NCBI GenBank assembly: GCA_937143345.1
Contig: CAKZRD010000019.1
Coordinates: 9,116 to 73,115, forward strand
From: an uncultured archaeon
Lineage (GTDB): Archaea > Nanobdellota > Nanobdellia > Pacearchaeales > GW2011-AR1
Reading direction: 5' to 3'
DNA length: 64,000 nt
Within the stretch, counting starts at the first letter, position 1; every line of letters starts with the position of its first letter. Shown here one piece after another: positions 37,762-47,279 of this stretch. The notes under the pieces were generated by a model. It made no database searches and was not told the DNA's origin. It saw only the letters and a list, made by a program, of their open reading frames with translations. The position numbers were made by a program, and so were the translations under genes.

Positions 37762-39653
37762 ATAAAAAAAAGAAATTAATATTTTTTTTATATTTAATTT
37801 TATTTAATTCTTTTTTTGTTTTCGCACAAAATAATTCAAGCACAAATCAAACACAACAAGTAAATAATAGTTCATTAAACGTTGTGAATAAGACAAAAGT
37901 CGAACTTGCATTTCAGTGTCTTGAAACTGAATTGAAAGAAGATTGTTCTGGTGCTAGAACTGTTGAACAGCTTGCTTTTGCAATCTTAGCTACTCCGAAA
38001 GAATCTATTTTAAAAGAGTGTATAAAAAAACTTGAATCAAAAGAAAAAAGCGAGGGTTGTTTTGGAGATTCTTCTTGCTCCATTAAAGATAGTGCTCTAG
38101 CTATACTTGCATTAAATCATGTTAGAAAAAATACGACAAAATATGAAAAGTGGCTTTTATCAAAAAATTTAAGTTCGAGTGAAGTAGAGTGGATAGTCCA
38201 ACAAGATTCTGATGGAGAAACTTCTTGTACTTTGAAATATGGTGGAAATGATTATCAGTTTATTGCTAGGGAAAATAAAAAGCTAACTGGTAATTTTGGT
38301 TCTTGTTTTAGTTTAACAAATAACAACTATTGGTTGAAAGTAAATGAAGAGTGTTTTAACAAAGAAATAAAAATGGGTTGTAACAAGAAGTTTTATGTAT
38401 CTCTTTCTTATAGAACTCCTGGTTCACAAAAAGTAAATATACTTTCAAATACAAAAGAAGGTGCTCAAAATAGCGAAGTAACTTTTTCCATTGATTCTAA
38501 ATGTTTTGGAATTAGTAGTTGTAATTATGAAGAAACTGTATGGGCAGTTTTAGCTTTAAAGAAAGTGGGACATGATATAAAACCATATATACCTTATATA
38601 GTGTCCTCTGAAGAAACAAAAAAACCTTATTTTCCTGAAATTTTTTCTTATATTGTTCTAGAATATGATTCTCTTTATGGAGCAAAGATAATGAAAATGC
38701 AAACAGAATCAAAATATTTTGAAGCTGAAAACAGTGCTTATGGAAGATTTTATGACAGTGCTTTAGTTCTTTTAGCTTTAGGAGACAGAAATCAACAACA
38801 AATAAAAAACGCTAAAGATTGGGTATGGTTTTCACAAGAAAATAATGGTTGCTGGAACTCAAAAAATTTAAGAGACACTTCAATTTTACTTTGGGCATTA
38901 GAAAGAAAAGTTTCTCCATCTTTAGATTCACAAGAAGTTATAAGAACGACTAAGTGTAGTGAAAGTATTAGTGGAGCAACATGTATAAAAGAATTAGATT
39001 GTCTTAACTCTGGGGGAAGTGTTTTGAGAAATTATGATTGTAGTTATAGCTCTATTTCTTTTTCTGTTTGTTGTAACATAACTCCCACGCTAAAAAGATG
39101 TTCGGAACTTGGTGGGAATGTTTGTTCTACGGATGAAAAATGTGAAGGGATTGTAAGAAATTCTTCTGATAGAATGTGTTGCATTGGTGAATGTAAAAAA
39201 ATAGAAGAAGAAAAGAAACAAGATGAATGTTCTTTAGAAAAAGGGATTTGCAGAAATTCGTGCAGAACAAATGAAGAAAAAACAGAAAGCGCATGTTCTG
39301 ATAGAGGCAAAGTTTGTTGTGTAAAAAAAGAAACACCTAAAAAGAGCCTTCTATGGCTGTGGGTTTTATTAGGAATATTGGTTGTTTTTGCTATAATTGG
39401 AATTTTAATGAAAGATAAAATAAAAGTTATGATTTATAAGAATAAACAAAGTAAAAATGAATCTGAAAAACCTTTTAATACAGGATTGGGGCCATCTAAG
39501 CCCGGATTTCCTCCTATTGCTATGAACAAACCTTTGATAAATAAACCATTAGTACAACCAAGACCTTTAATGGGACAATTACCTTCAAAACCGAAAACAG
39601 ATAGTTCTCAAAGACCAGATGTTTTTAACAAGTTAAAAGAGATGTCAAAATAA
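37758..39653 (+). CDS. Secreted protein with alpha/alpha-toroid-like repeats, Cys-rich stalk, C-terminal TM anchor and Pro-rich tail
   Basis: Signal peptide. Repeated LA.LAL/W motifs (LAFAILATP, ALAILALNHV, WAVLALKKVGH, ALVLLALGD, ILLWALERK) reminiscent of prenyltransferase/terpene-cyclase-like repeats. C-terminal CCIGECKK ... CCVKK then TM. Fold assignment is weak. Confidence 0.45.
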   Translation: MNKKKKLIFFLYLILFNSFFVFAQNNSSTNQTQQVNNSSLNVVNKTKVELAFQCLETELKEDCSGARTVEQLAFAILATPKESILKECIKKLESKEKSEGCFGDSSCSIKDSALAILALNHVRKNTTKYEKWLLSKNLSSSEVEWIVQQDSDGETSCTLKYGGNDYQFIARENKKLTGNFGSCFSLTNNNYWLKVNEECFNKEIKMGCNKKFYVSLSYRTPGSQKVNILSNTKEGAQNSEVTFSIDSKCFGISSCNYEETVWAVLALKKVGHDIKPYIPYIVSSEETKKPYFPEIFSYIVLEYDSLYGAKIMKMQTESKYFEAENSAYGRFYDSALVLLALGDRNQQQIKNAKDWVWFSQENNGCWNSKNLRDTSILLWALERKVSPSLDSQEVIRTTKCSESISGATCIKELDCLNSGGSVLRNYDCSYSSISFSVCCNITPTLKRCSELGGNVCSTDEKCEGIVRNSSDRMCCIGECKKIEEEKKQDECSLEKGICRNSCRTNEEKTESACSDRGKVCCVKKETPKKSLLWLWVLLGILVVFAIIGILMKDKIKVMIYKNKQSKNESEKPFNTGLGPSKPGFPPIAMNKPLINKPLVQPRPLMGQLPSKPKTDSSQRPDVFNKLKEMSK

Positions 39654-39687
39654 AAATATTTATTAATCTTAAAAATTCTTTCTTTTT

Positions 39688-40929
39688 ATGAAAAAACAGA
39701 TAATTTTTTTTATAGCATTATTTTTCTATTTCTATTCTGTTTATTCTTTTGATTTAAAAAGCTTGAATGGAGAAGTTTATGCAGGAGAAACTTTTATAGC
39801 TGAATTTGAAGCTGATTTAAAAAGCAATTTAAAAAAAGAAGATCTAAAAGTTTATGAAGAAAGAAGAGAAGTTTATTTTGAAAAAGGAATTTTTTCTTAT
39901 AAAAATAAAACTTTTATTTATGTAGTTTTTCCAAAAAAAGGAAATTTTTCTATTCAAACTGATAATCTTTTGTATTATGAAAACGGTACTTTAATGGAAA
40001 AAAAAATAAATAAAATTATAAATGTTGAAGGGAACAAAACTGAAATTCTTCAAATAAGTCCTGGAGTTGTTATAGGAAATAATTTAAGTTTCTCATTGTC
40101 GAATAAAGGAAATAAAATTATTAAAGGAAAATTCCAAAACCAAACATTTGAATTGAATGAAGGAGAATCAAAGAATTTTTTTATTAAACCTGAAAAAGAA
40201 TTTTTTTACTTAAACATAGAAAGTTATAAAAGTTTTAAAATTCCCGTAGTTTACTTTCCATTAGAAAATGAAACAAAAAATAATGAAAACAAAACAAATA
40301 ATAAAACAATTAATGAATCAATAAAAGAACCAATAAAAAATAAGACGGAAATTAAAAAAGTAGAAATAAATGAAAGCTTAATAGAAAAATTTTTTGAAGT
40401 AAACAAAACAGAGGTTGTTTCCTTTTATGTTAAAAATTTAGTTAATGAAAAAATTAATCTCTTATTAAAATGTAAAATAAAAAACTTAAACTTTTCTAAG
40501 GATTATAACTTGTCTCCATTTGAAGAAAGAGATATTTTTTTGTTTTATAGTCCGAATGAAACAGGGAATTATGAAGAGAACTTAACAATTTTTTACGAAA
40601 ATGAAAGTTTGAATATTACATTAAAATTCTTTGTTATAACAAAAGAGAGTTTAAAAATAAAAGAAAGAATAGGAGATAATGAAAAAAAATTAACATCTTG
40701 CCAAGAAATAAATGGCACTCCGTGTTCTCAATCTGGCTTTACTTGTAAAAATGGAAATAATGTTCCTTTCGTCGGTATAGGTTTTTGTTGTATTGGGGGA
40801 GAATGCGTAAAAATAGAGGAAGTAAATGAAAAAAAAAACATATCAAATTATGTTGTCGGAGTTGTTTCTTTTATTATTTTAATAATCATAGTTTATCTCA
40901 TAATCAAGAAATATAAAAAAGTTAAGTAA
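39688..40929 (+). CDS. Secreted protein with C-terminal Cys-rich stalk (CCIGGECVK) and TM anchor
   Basis: Signal peptide, many N-x-S/T sequons, C-terminal GIGFCCIGGECVK motif shared with the preceding gene, then a TM. Confidence 0.45.
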   Translation: MKKQIIFFIALFFYFYSVYSFDLKSLNGEVYAGETFIAEFEADLKSNLKKEDLKVYEERREVYFEKGIFSYKNKTFIYVVFPKKGNFSIQTDNLLYYENGTLMEKKINKIINVEGNKTEILQISPGVVIGNNLSFSLSNKGNKIIKGKFQNQTFELNEGESKNFFIKPEKEFFYLNIESYKSFKIPVVYFPLENETKNNENKTNNKTINESIKEPIKNKTEIKKVEINESLIEKFFEVNKTEVVSFYVKNLVNEKINLLLKCKIKNLNFSKDYNLSPFEERDIFLFYSPNETGNYEENLTIFYENESLNITLKFFVITKESLKIKERIGDNEKKLTSCQEINGTPCSQSGFTCKNGNNVPFVGIGFCCIGGECVKIEEVNEKKNISNYVVGVVSFIILIIIVYLIIKKYKKVK

Positions 40930-40948
40930 ATTTTTTAAGTTAAAAATT

Positions 40949-41389
40949 TCAAATTTCAGAACTTCCGAGTTTTGTTAGAGCCTGTTTTATCTCCTCTAAT
41001 TCTTTATCAAGTGAACTTAGTTTAGAGCTTTTTATATTTTCAGTAGGCAAAGAAGAATCTTCTAAAGAAATTTCTCTTTCGATTGTTATCCTTTGAGTCA
41101 TTCTTGTTTTTCTCATTTCAGACTTATTTTGAATTACTGGAAAATCGCCTTCTAAATTATTCGTTTGACTATATGAAAAGTTAAGCAATCTTCTAAGTTC
41201 GTTTATAAGTTTGTCTTTTTCTGTTTTTAACTCATTTATTCTTTCAGTTATTTTTATACAATTTATAATTAACAAAGCAGTTTTTAAAATAAGAATTTTA
41301 TTCCTTTTATATCTCGGAAGAGAAATAGGCAAATAAATAGGATCATCAAACTTTTTAGAAAAAGTTCTCTTATTTTGTTTTGCCATCAT
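40949..41389 (-). CDS. Hypothetical coiled-coil protein
   Basis: 146 aa, K/E/L-rich heptads, no motif. Confidence 0.3.
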   Translation of the reverse strand: MMAKQNKRTFSKKFDDPIYLPISLPRYKRNKILILKTALLIINCIKITERINELKTEKDKLINELRRLLNFSYSQTNNLEGDFPVIQNKSEMRKTRMTQRITIEREISLEDSSLPTENIKSSKLSSLDKELEEIKQALTKLGSSEI

Positions 41390-41757
41390 ATTTTATTAAA
41401 AATATCTTCGTCTATTTTTGCTAAATTCTCTCTTATTTTTTTCATTTCTTCTTTCCAAGCTGCAATTTCTTCTCCTTCTTTCAAATCTATTTCATGTATT
41501 TTTTCTAGAACATGGTCCATTTCTTTTAACCTCTTAGTAATTAGTCTTAAATTATCTCTAAACTCATTAAATTTGTCTATTCTAACAAAAAAAGGAGCTT
41601 TGTCAGGTGTTCCTTCTAGTTCTTTTAAAACGGGGGGAATTTCTCTTTCTGGGAAGGAACCTAATTGAACCTGATTTTGAGAAATTGGCGGGTTTATTTG
41701 TGGTAATTGAGACAACAGTTGTTCCTCTTTTTTCCCAAATAAATTAAATAAACCCAT
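41386..41757 (-). CDS. Hypothetical coiled-coil protein
   Basis: 123 aa. 4-nt overlap with the downstream ORF suggests an operon. No motif. Confidence 0.3.
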   Translation of the reverse strand: MGLFNLFGKKEEQLLSQLPQINPPISQNQVQLGSFPEREIPPVLKELEGTPDKAPFFVRIDKFNEFRDNLRLITKRLKEMDHVLEKIHEIDLKEGEEIAAWKEEMKKIRENLAKIDEDIFNKI

Positions 41758-41860
41758 AATGGTTTAATGAAAAAATTGTTTAAAAAGATTTGTATAAACT
41801 ATAAAGTTAATCCTATTTATTCAAAGAAAAATATATAAAAATGCTTTTTTTAAAAAAAAA

Positions 41861-43054
41861 ATGAAAAAATATGTTATTTTTGCTTTAAAAAGTTTAAAAC
41901 AAAGAGGAATAAGGAGTTGGCTTACTTTAATTGGTATTATTATTGGTGTTTCGTTAGTTGTTTCTCTTTTTCTTCTTGGTGATGGGTTGGGGTTGGCGAT
42001 TTCCTCACAATTCGGAATTTCTTCTACTGAAATAATTTCAGTTACTGCTGGAGGATTAAATGCCTTTGGCCCCCCAGGAACACTTGTTTCAAATCCTTTA
42101 ACAGAAAAAGATTTAGAGGAAATTGAAAAAACTTCTGGAGTAAAAAAAGCTATAAAAAGGTATATAAGAAGTGCTGAATTAGAATATAGAGAAAAAAGGG
42201 ATAGGATTTTTTTAACAAATATTCCTGAAAAAGAAAATGATTTTTTGTATGAACTCCTCGACTTAAAAATAGAAAGAGGGAAATTTATTTCTGGAGATGA
42301 AAGTGGGAAGGCAATGATAGGTTATAATTTATTTAAAAATAAAAATCTTGATGTTGGAAACAAAATAAAAATAAATAATCAAAGTTTTGAGATTGCGGGT
42401 GTTTTAAAAAGAAAAGGAAGCTTTATATTAGACGGCATAATTTTTATTTCTGAAAAAGATTTAGAAAAAATCTCTGAAGACAGAAATATAAATGTTATAG
42501 CAATAAAACCATATTCTTCTGACGAAATTGATAAAGTAAAAGAAAATATAGAAAAAACACTAAGAAAGATAAGAAATGTAAAAGAAGGAAAAGAAGATTT
42601 TCAAGTATCCACTCCTAAAGCTACTTTGTCTAATATAAACAATATTTTATTTGGAGTTAAAATTTTTGTTGTAATAATCGCTTCAATCTCTATTATCGTT
42701 GGCGTTATAGGAATTACAAACACTATGACTACTTCTGTTTTAGAAAGAAGAAAAGATATCGGAATAATGAAGGCAGTTGGTGCAAAAAATTCTCAAATTT
42801 TTCTTTTGTTTTTTGTTGAATCCGGTCTCTTTAGTTTTTTCGGAGGATTGGTTGGAATAATTTTAGGAGTTGGGTTTGCACATATTGGAACAATCTCAAT
42901 CGGTAAATTTCTAAATGTAGAAATTCCACTAAAGATTGATTTTCTTTTCTTAATTTTTTCATTGATTGGAAGTTTTCTAATAGGTGCTTTTGCCGGCACA
43001 AATCCTGCGTTGAACGCTTCTAAATTAAAACCAATAGAAACCCTAAGAGAATAA
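41861..43054 (+). CDS. ABC transporter permease, MacB/FtsX-like
   Basis: N-terminal TM, large periplasmic-type domain, then a C-terminal 3-TM FtsX-like block (ITNTMTTSVLERRKDIGIMKAVGA). Confidence 0.75.
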   Translation: MKKYVIFALKSLKQRGIRSWLTLIGIIIGVSLVVSLFLLGDGLGLAISSQFGISSTEIISVTAGGLNAFGPPGTLVSNPLTEKDLEEIEKTSGVKKAIKRYIRSAELEYREKRDRIFLTNIPEKENDFLYELLDLKIERGKFISGDESGKAMIGYNLFKNKNLDVGNKIKINNQSFEIAGVLKRKGSFILDGIIFISEKDLEKISEDRNINVIAIKPYSSDEIDKVKENIEKTLRKIRNVKEGKEDFQVSTPKATLSNINNILFGVKIFVVIIASISIIVGVIGITNTMTTSVLERRKDIGIMKAVGAKNSQIFLLFFVESGLFSFFGGLVGIILGVGFAHIGTISIGKFLNVEIPLKIDFLFLIFSLIGSFLIGAFAGTNPALNASKLKPIETLRE

Positions 43055-43062
43055 TAAAAAAC

Positions 43063-44343
43063 TAAGGGATTAATCTATCTCTGTCCCTTGAAAACATTGT
43101 AGCTTCCTTAATATTATCCAAACCACATATTATTTGAGTAATTCTCTCTAAGCCTATTGCCCAACCAGAATGAGGTGGAGCACCAAATCTAAAACTATCA
43201 ATATAATTTTCAAAGTTCTTAGGATTCATCACTTTAGCCTTTTAATCTTGCGATAAGCAATTCTGGCAAATGAATTCTCTGCTAACCTGAAGAAATCTCT
43301 ACTACCACGCAATATAAACTATCAAAACCCTCGCTTACTTTTGCTTTAGGATCTTCTCCTTTTGGCATTATGTAAAAAGGTTTAAGACTTGACGGCCATG
43401 AATGAACAAAAACTAAATCCCCTGGATACATCTCACATAATTTTTTTCTTGTTCTGGAGTAAAATCTTCTCCAACTTTTCCCCTAACTTTTTTATTCCTT
43501 CTTCATAAGTCAAATAAATTCCTTTTGGGACTTTTAATTTAACTCCAAGAATTTCAAGTTCTTTTTTACAATTCTCAAGTATTTTAGTAACAATAAATTT
43601 TATGCATCCTTCTTGCTCTTGCATAATTTGCATTTGGTTTGTAAAAGCAGCTTCTACATCAGGCATTCTTATCTCATTAATGTGCCTTGTTGTATTATGT
43701 TTTTCTGCTCTCCATGCAGGTCCAATGTAAATGTCTTTTCCATAGAACAAGCAAGCATCTGCTTGTAAAGTTGAGGAGATTGAGCCATAAAAGCTTTTTT
43801 CTCAAAATACTTTACTTCAAATAATTCTATTCCACCCTCGCTTGCAGCAGAAATCATGTAAGGCTGTTGAATTTCAATATAACCTTTTTCATAAAAATAT
43901 TTCCTGAAACTATTTGCTATCTCTGTCTGTATTTTAAAAATAGCCTGAACTCTTTCCCTATGAAAATCTAAAAACTTATAATCCAATCTCTTAGGCATTT
44001 CTGTTTTTGAAAAATCAGAAACATCGATAGGAAGTTTTTCCTCAGCCGAATTTACAAGCTCAATTTTTTCCAAGCCAATTTCTTTTCCTCCGGGAGCCTG
44101 CTTAGAATCTTTAATTATTCCTTCAATATAAACAACAATTTCCCTATTAAGTTTTCCAATTTTCTCAAACTCTGCTTCAGGAGTTTCTCCCATAAAAACA
44201 ACACATTGCATTTTTCCTATTAAATCTCTTAAAACCAAAAACCTAACTTTTCCTAAGGCCCTGGTATCATTCACCCAGACAGCTAGTTTTACCTTCTCTC
44301 CTGCTTTTTTCTTAAATGCTTCTGAAACTTTTATTCTTTCCAT
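43063..44343 (-). pseudogene. aspS: Aspartyl-tRNA synthetase (class IIb), disrupted by at least four frame changes and an in-frame TAG
   Basis: The N-terminal OB anticodon-binding domain and motif 1 are in one frame (..FRKYFYEKGYIEIQQPYMISAASEGGIELF..AQSPQLYKQML). Motif 2 (GPAWRAEKHNTTRHINE) and the following segments (GEDFTPEQEK, then KLCEMYPGDLVFVHSWP..KPFY) lie in shifted frames. ..EISSG is followed by an in-frame TAG before QRIH. Motif 3 ([18 protein letters not shown]...[10 protein letters not shown]) needs a further shift. Most shifts map to G or A homopolymers. Confidence 0.55.
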
Positions 44344-44987
44344 GTTTTATACTTCTTTTTAACTTGTAAGCTAAGGATTTCCATTTAAAAATTGAATATG
44401 CTCCAAGAAGACCATTCCGCGAACAGTAAGATCGAAGTCCAGGTACCTATAGCCATCATCATCAAACCCATATAAGCTCCCGCACCCAAACCCTTCTTTT
44501 CCTTAACAATTCTCGCGGCTTCTGTTTCAACCTCACTCAAGCCTATTTTTTCAACACCCAATGCTTGCTCGGGTTTCGCGCCTTTAACAACTTGCTCAAG
44601 AACATGTTTACATCACTCTCTACAATCTTTTTATCGCTAATAGCTTTCAAAACTTCTTCAAAAACATCCATATCAAGTTTTTCTTCTACCTTTTCAAGCT
44701 AAATTAGTATCTCTAAATTTTTTCGTAAATAATTTATTTTTCTTTCTCTACCCCCTTGTTTCGTGGTCCTATCGACTTAACTTCTCTCTCGCTACTTCAT
44801 GAATTTTCATAGAAAAAATCCAATCAGGAAATCCAATCAAGACATTATTTCTCAGCACACCCCGACATCTACAAAGCAATTTTCTTGTATCAAGCTGTTG
44901 ACGAATTTTCAAACCAACCCTTTTTTCTACTTTCTTAAATTTAACTATGATTATACTTAAGAAAGAAATTAATAAAACAGCGATGCT

Positions 44988-46268
44988 TTAATCCATAGAA
45001 CTTTTACAATGAAGGCCGGGTAAACTACAAACTTCATTAATAATTTCTCTGGTCTGATTCTCATCCAGCGGTACATGTAACACTGATGAATGGGTTTGAT
45101 ATGGTCGGATTTCTCCAGAATTAGTTTTTCCATTATCTTTATGCAGATTAAAATCCAAACATCTGTTTATTTGTTGATCTTTGGCATATTTGATAAAACT
45201 AAGTCTTCTTTGTCTGAATCTTTCTCTATTAGCTATATCTAAAGCTTCTCCACGATAAAAAAAATCAGCTAACGCTGCATCTATTCCTGCATAAACTAAT
45301 CCCATAAAAACCCCAAAATGCTTTCTGTTTGGTCCTTCCGGATCTATAAACCAACTTCCTGCACCTAAAAAAAACGGCATATCTCTCCTATCTAAAACTC
45401 TTCTTTGAGATTCTCTCATAATTGAAGGGTAAACTTTTGCCGATACCCCGAGTAAAGAAGAGTTAGTATCTTCAGAAACAATTTTAGGAATAGGATATAA
45501 AAACGTATACAAATTAGATATTGTCTGACGCTCTCGAAGATATTGTGAATATTTTACATTATTATCTAACTTTCTCCCATTTTCATCGATTATTAAAAAA
45601 GCATGCGGAACAAGAGACTCTGACAAACCTGATTTTTCTATATAAGAGTACATCGCTAAGGAACTAAAAGCTTTAAGAATTTCATTGCAAGCTCTTCCAG
45701 AGATAACAGTATCAATTATAGAAAAAGAATCTATTCGGGGAAAAGCTTCATACATTTCAGCTATCCGACCCCTATCTTCGATTCTCCTTAAAATAATGTC
45801 TGTAAAGGATCTAAAAAAGGGATCGTAACTTCTGCCTCGAGAATCTTTAAATAAAGAAGCAGTAACTCCAGCCCAATACTGCCTTGTTTTTTTTACAAAT
45901 TCATCATTATTAAGGGTGGGATCAAACTTCTTAACATTTAAATCCGCAGTAAACGGAATCAGTAATACTCTAGTCTCTGCATCATGCAAATTTGTATTGG
46001 GATAAATTGTTTCAGGCAACAATGGTGTTAATATTGGTTGAACTGCAACATTCTCAGAAAATCTAGCTGCCTCCGAACTAATTCCTCTGAGTTTGTCCAT
46101 AGCATAAAGTGTACCTAAAAAAAATGGCAGCGAGCCCCTACTTGGAATAACTAAAGTGTTAAAATATCCTTTCTTGTATCTAGTCTCTGCTAAGTCTATA
46201 GCAAGATTCACGCAAGCTTGTGAATATGCAAACATATTCTGCTCGCTAAAAACTTCATCTAAAGACAT
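44988..46268 (-). CDS. Hypothetical protein with N-terminal phosphoribosyltransferase (PRTase)-like domain; function unknown
   Basis: 426 aa. PRPP-binding-loop-like FSIIDTVISGRACNEIL (phi4-D-T-phi-phi-S-G) and upstream LVIPSRGSLPFFLGTLYAM. Arg-rich composition unlike neighbouring genes. Sits in a GC-elevated island. Confidence 0.4.
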   Translation of the reverse strand: MSLDEVFSEQNMFAYSQACVNLAIDLAETRYKKGYFNTLVIPSRGSLPFFLGTLYAMDKLRGISSEAARFSENVAVQPILTPLLPETIYPNTNLHDAETRVLLIPFTADLNVKKFDPTLNNDEFVKKTRQYWAGVTASLFKDSRGRSYDPFFRSFTDIILRRIEDRGRIAEMYEAFPRIDSFSIIDTVISGRACNEILKAFSSLAMYSYIEKSGLSESLVPHAFLIIDENGRKLDNNVKYSQYLRERQTISNLYTFLYPIPKIVSEDTNSSLLGVSAKVYPSIMRESQRRVLDRRDMPFFLGAGSWFIDPEGPNRKHFGVFMGLVYAGIDAALADFFYRGEALDIANRERFRQRRLSFIKYAKDQQINRCLDFNLHKDNGKTNSGEIRPYQTHSSVLHVPLDENQTREIINEVCSLPGLHCKSSMD

Positions 46269-46734
46269 AAGGCGTAACTCCTCTTTCAGTTCCTACATTT
46301 AAATCTAAAATGGATTCAACCGTGGATCTGAATTTTCCAACTTCAAAACATTCCTTCCTGATAACACAGACAACATTACCATAGTTTCTCCAGTTAGCAG
46401 GGGGATTTTGAGCAAGAAATAAACATTTTGCATCTGGATAAAGAGTCCTTATTACCTCTAGTATCTGCCTCCAAGAAGTATCGTCTGGTGAATTGTTTAC
46501 TCTAAGAGGTAAATGTCTGTCACAAATATAAAGATGAGCAAAAGGATACTCTCTTTCGCGAAAAGAAGTCATATCTCCTATGGGTACCATTAGTTCTACA
46601 CCTAAAGACAAAGCTAAAGCAGATTCTACTTTTTTCTGCCAATACACACTATCTTCTATATGTAATACTTTTTTCATTTTAACTCCAAAAAACAAAAGAA
46701 TGAATTTACCTGCTTCGTGATATCTTTTATCCAA
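46255..46734 (-). CDS. Hypothetical protein, possibly a divergent CheY-like receiver fold
   Basis: The probable true start is MKKVLHIEDSVYWQ. LYICDRHLP and CLFLAQNP resemble REC strands 3/4. Weak. 14-nt overlap with the downstream PRTase-like gene. Confidence 0.3.
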   Translation of the reverse strand: MDKRYHEAGKFILLFFGVKMKKVLHIEDSVYWQKKVESALALSLGVELMVPIGDMTSFREREYPFAHLYICDRHLPLRVNNSPDDTSWRQILEVIRTLYPDAKCLFLAQNPPANWRNYGNVVCVIRKECFEVGKFRSTVESILDLNVGTERGVTPYVFR

Positions 46735-46916
46735 GATTTATCTAAAAGACTTGGAGCAACTATTGCAACAGAATCAGCACTCTCATTAACAGTGGTTAAA
46801 CAAACTTGAAATAGTGCTCTACCAAAATCCCAAGAAGAGGTAAGATTTAGACTATTTGCTTCAAATCTCTCTTCTAATTCAGACCTAATAAATATTCTAT
46901 CAAACATTATATCCAT
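46674..46916 (-). CDS. Small hypothetical protein, first listed ORF of the island operon
   Basis: 80 aa, no motif. An ATG-less ORF fragment lies directly upstream on the same strand. Confidence 0.2.
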   Translation of the reverse strand: MDIMFDRIFIRSELEERFEANSLNLTSSWDFGRALFQVCLTTVNESADSVAIVAPSLLDKSWIKDITKQVNSFFCFLELK

Positions 46917-47279
46917 AAAAAGAACTGCCTTTTAAATCTTTCTATTTTGTTGTTTCTTAATAGAAGTGACAAAAGACAATAGTTATAAACTCTTTTTCCT
47001 CTTAAAATTTATAGGGGATAATTATTACAGAAAAATAGGGAGAGTATTGAGCCAGTGTTCCAACGCTTATAACTTTTATCTGAAGTAAATATCTTTCTGT
47101 ATGAACACTATCAACCCTCAAAAGATTAGCAAATCCATAATTACCAATATTAGAATGAATGCAAGGTTCGACAGACAAATTTCCTTTCCGAAGAATTTCT
47201 TTAAAAATGCAATATTTGAGATTATAAACTTGCTCAAAAACTGAATGACTTATCCTCTTTTAAACTTAATTATAATAAT

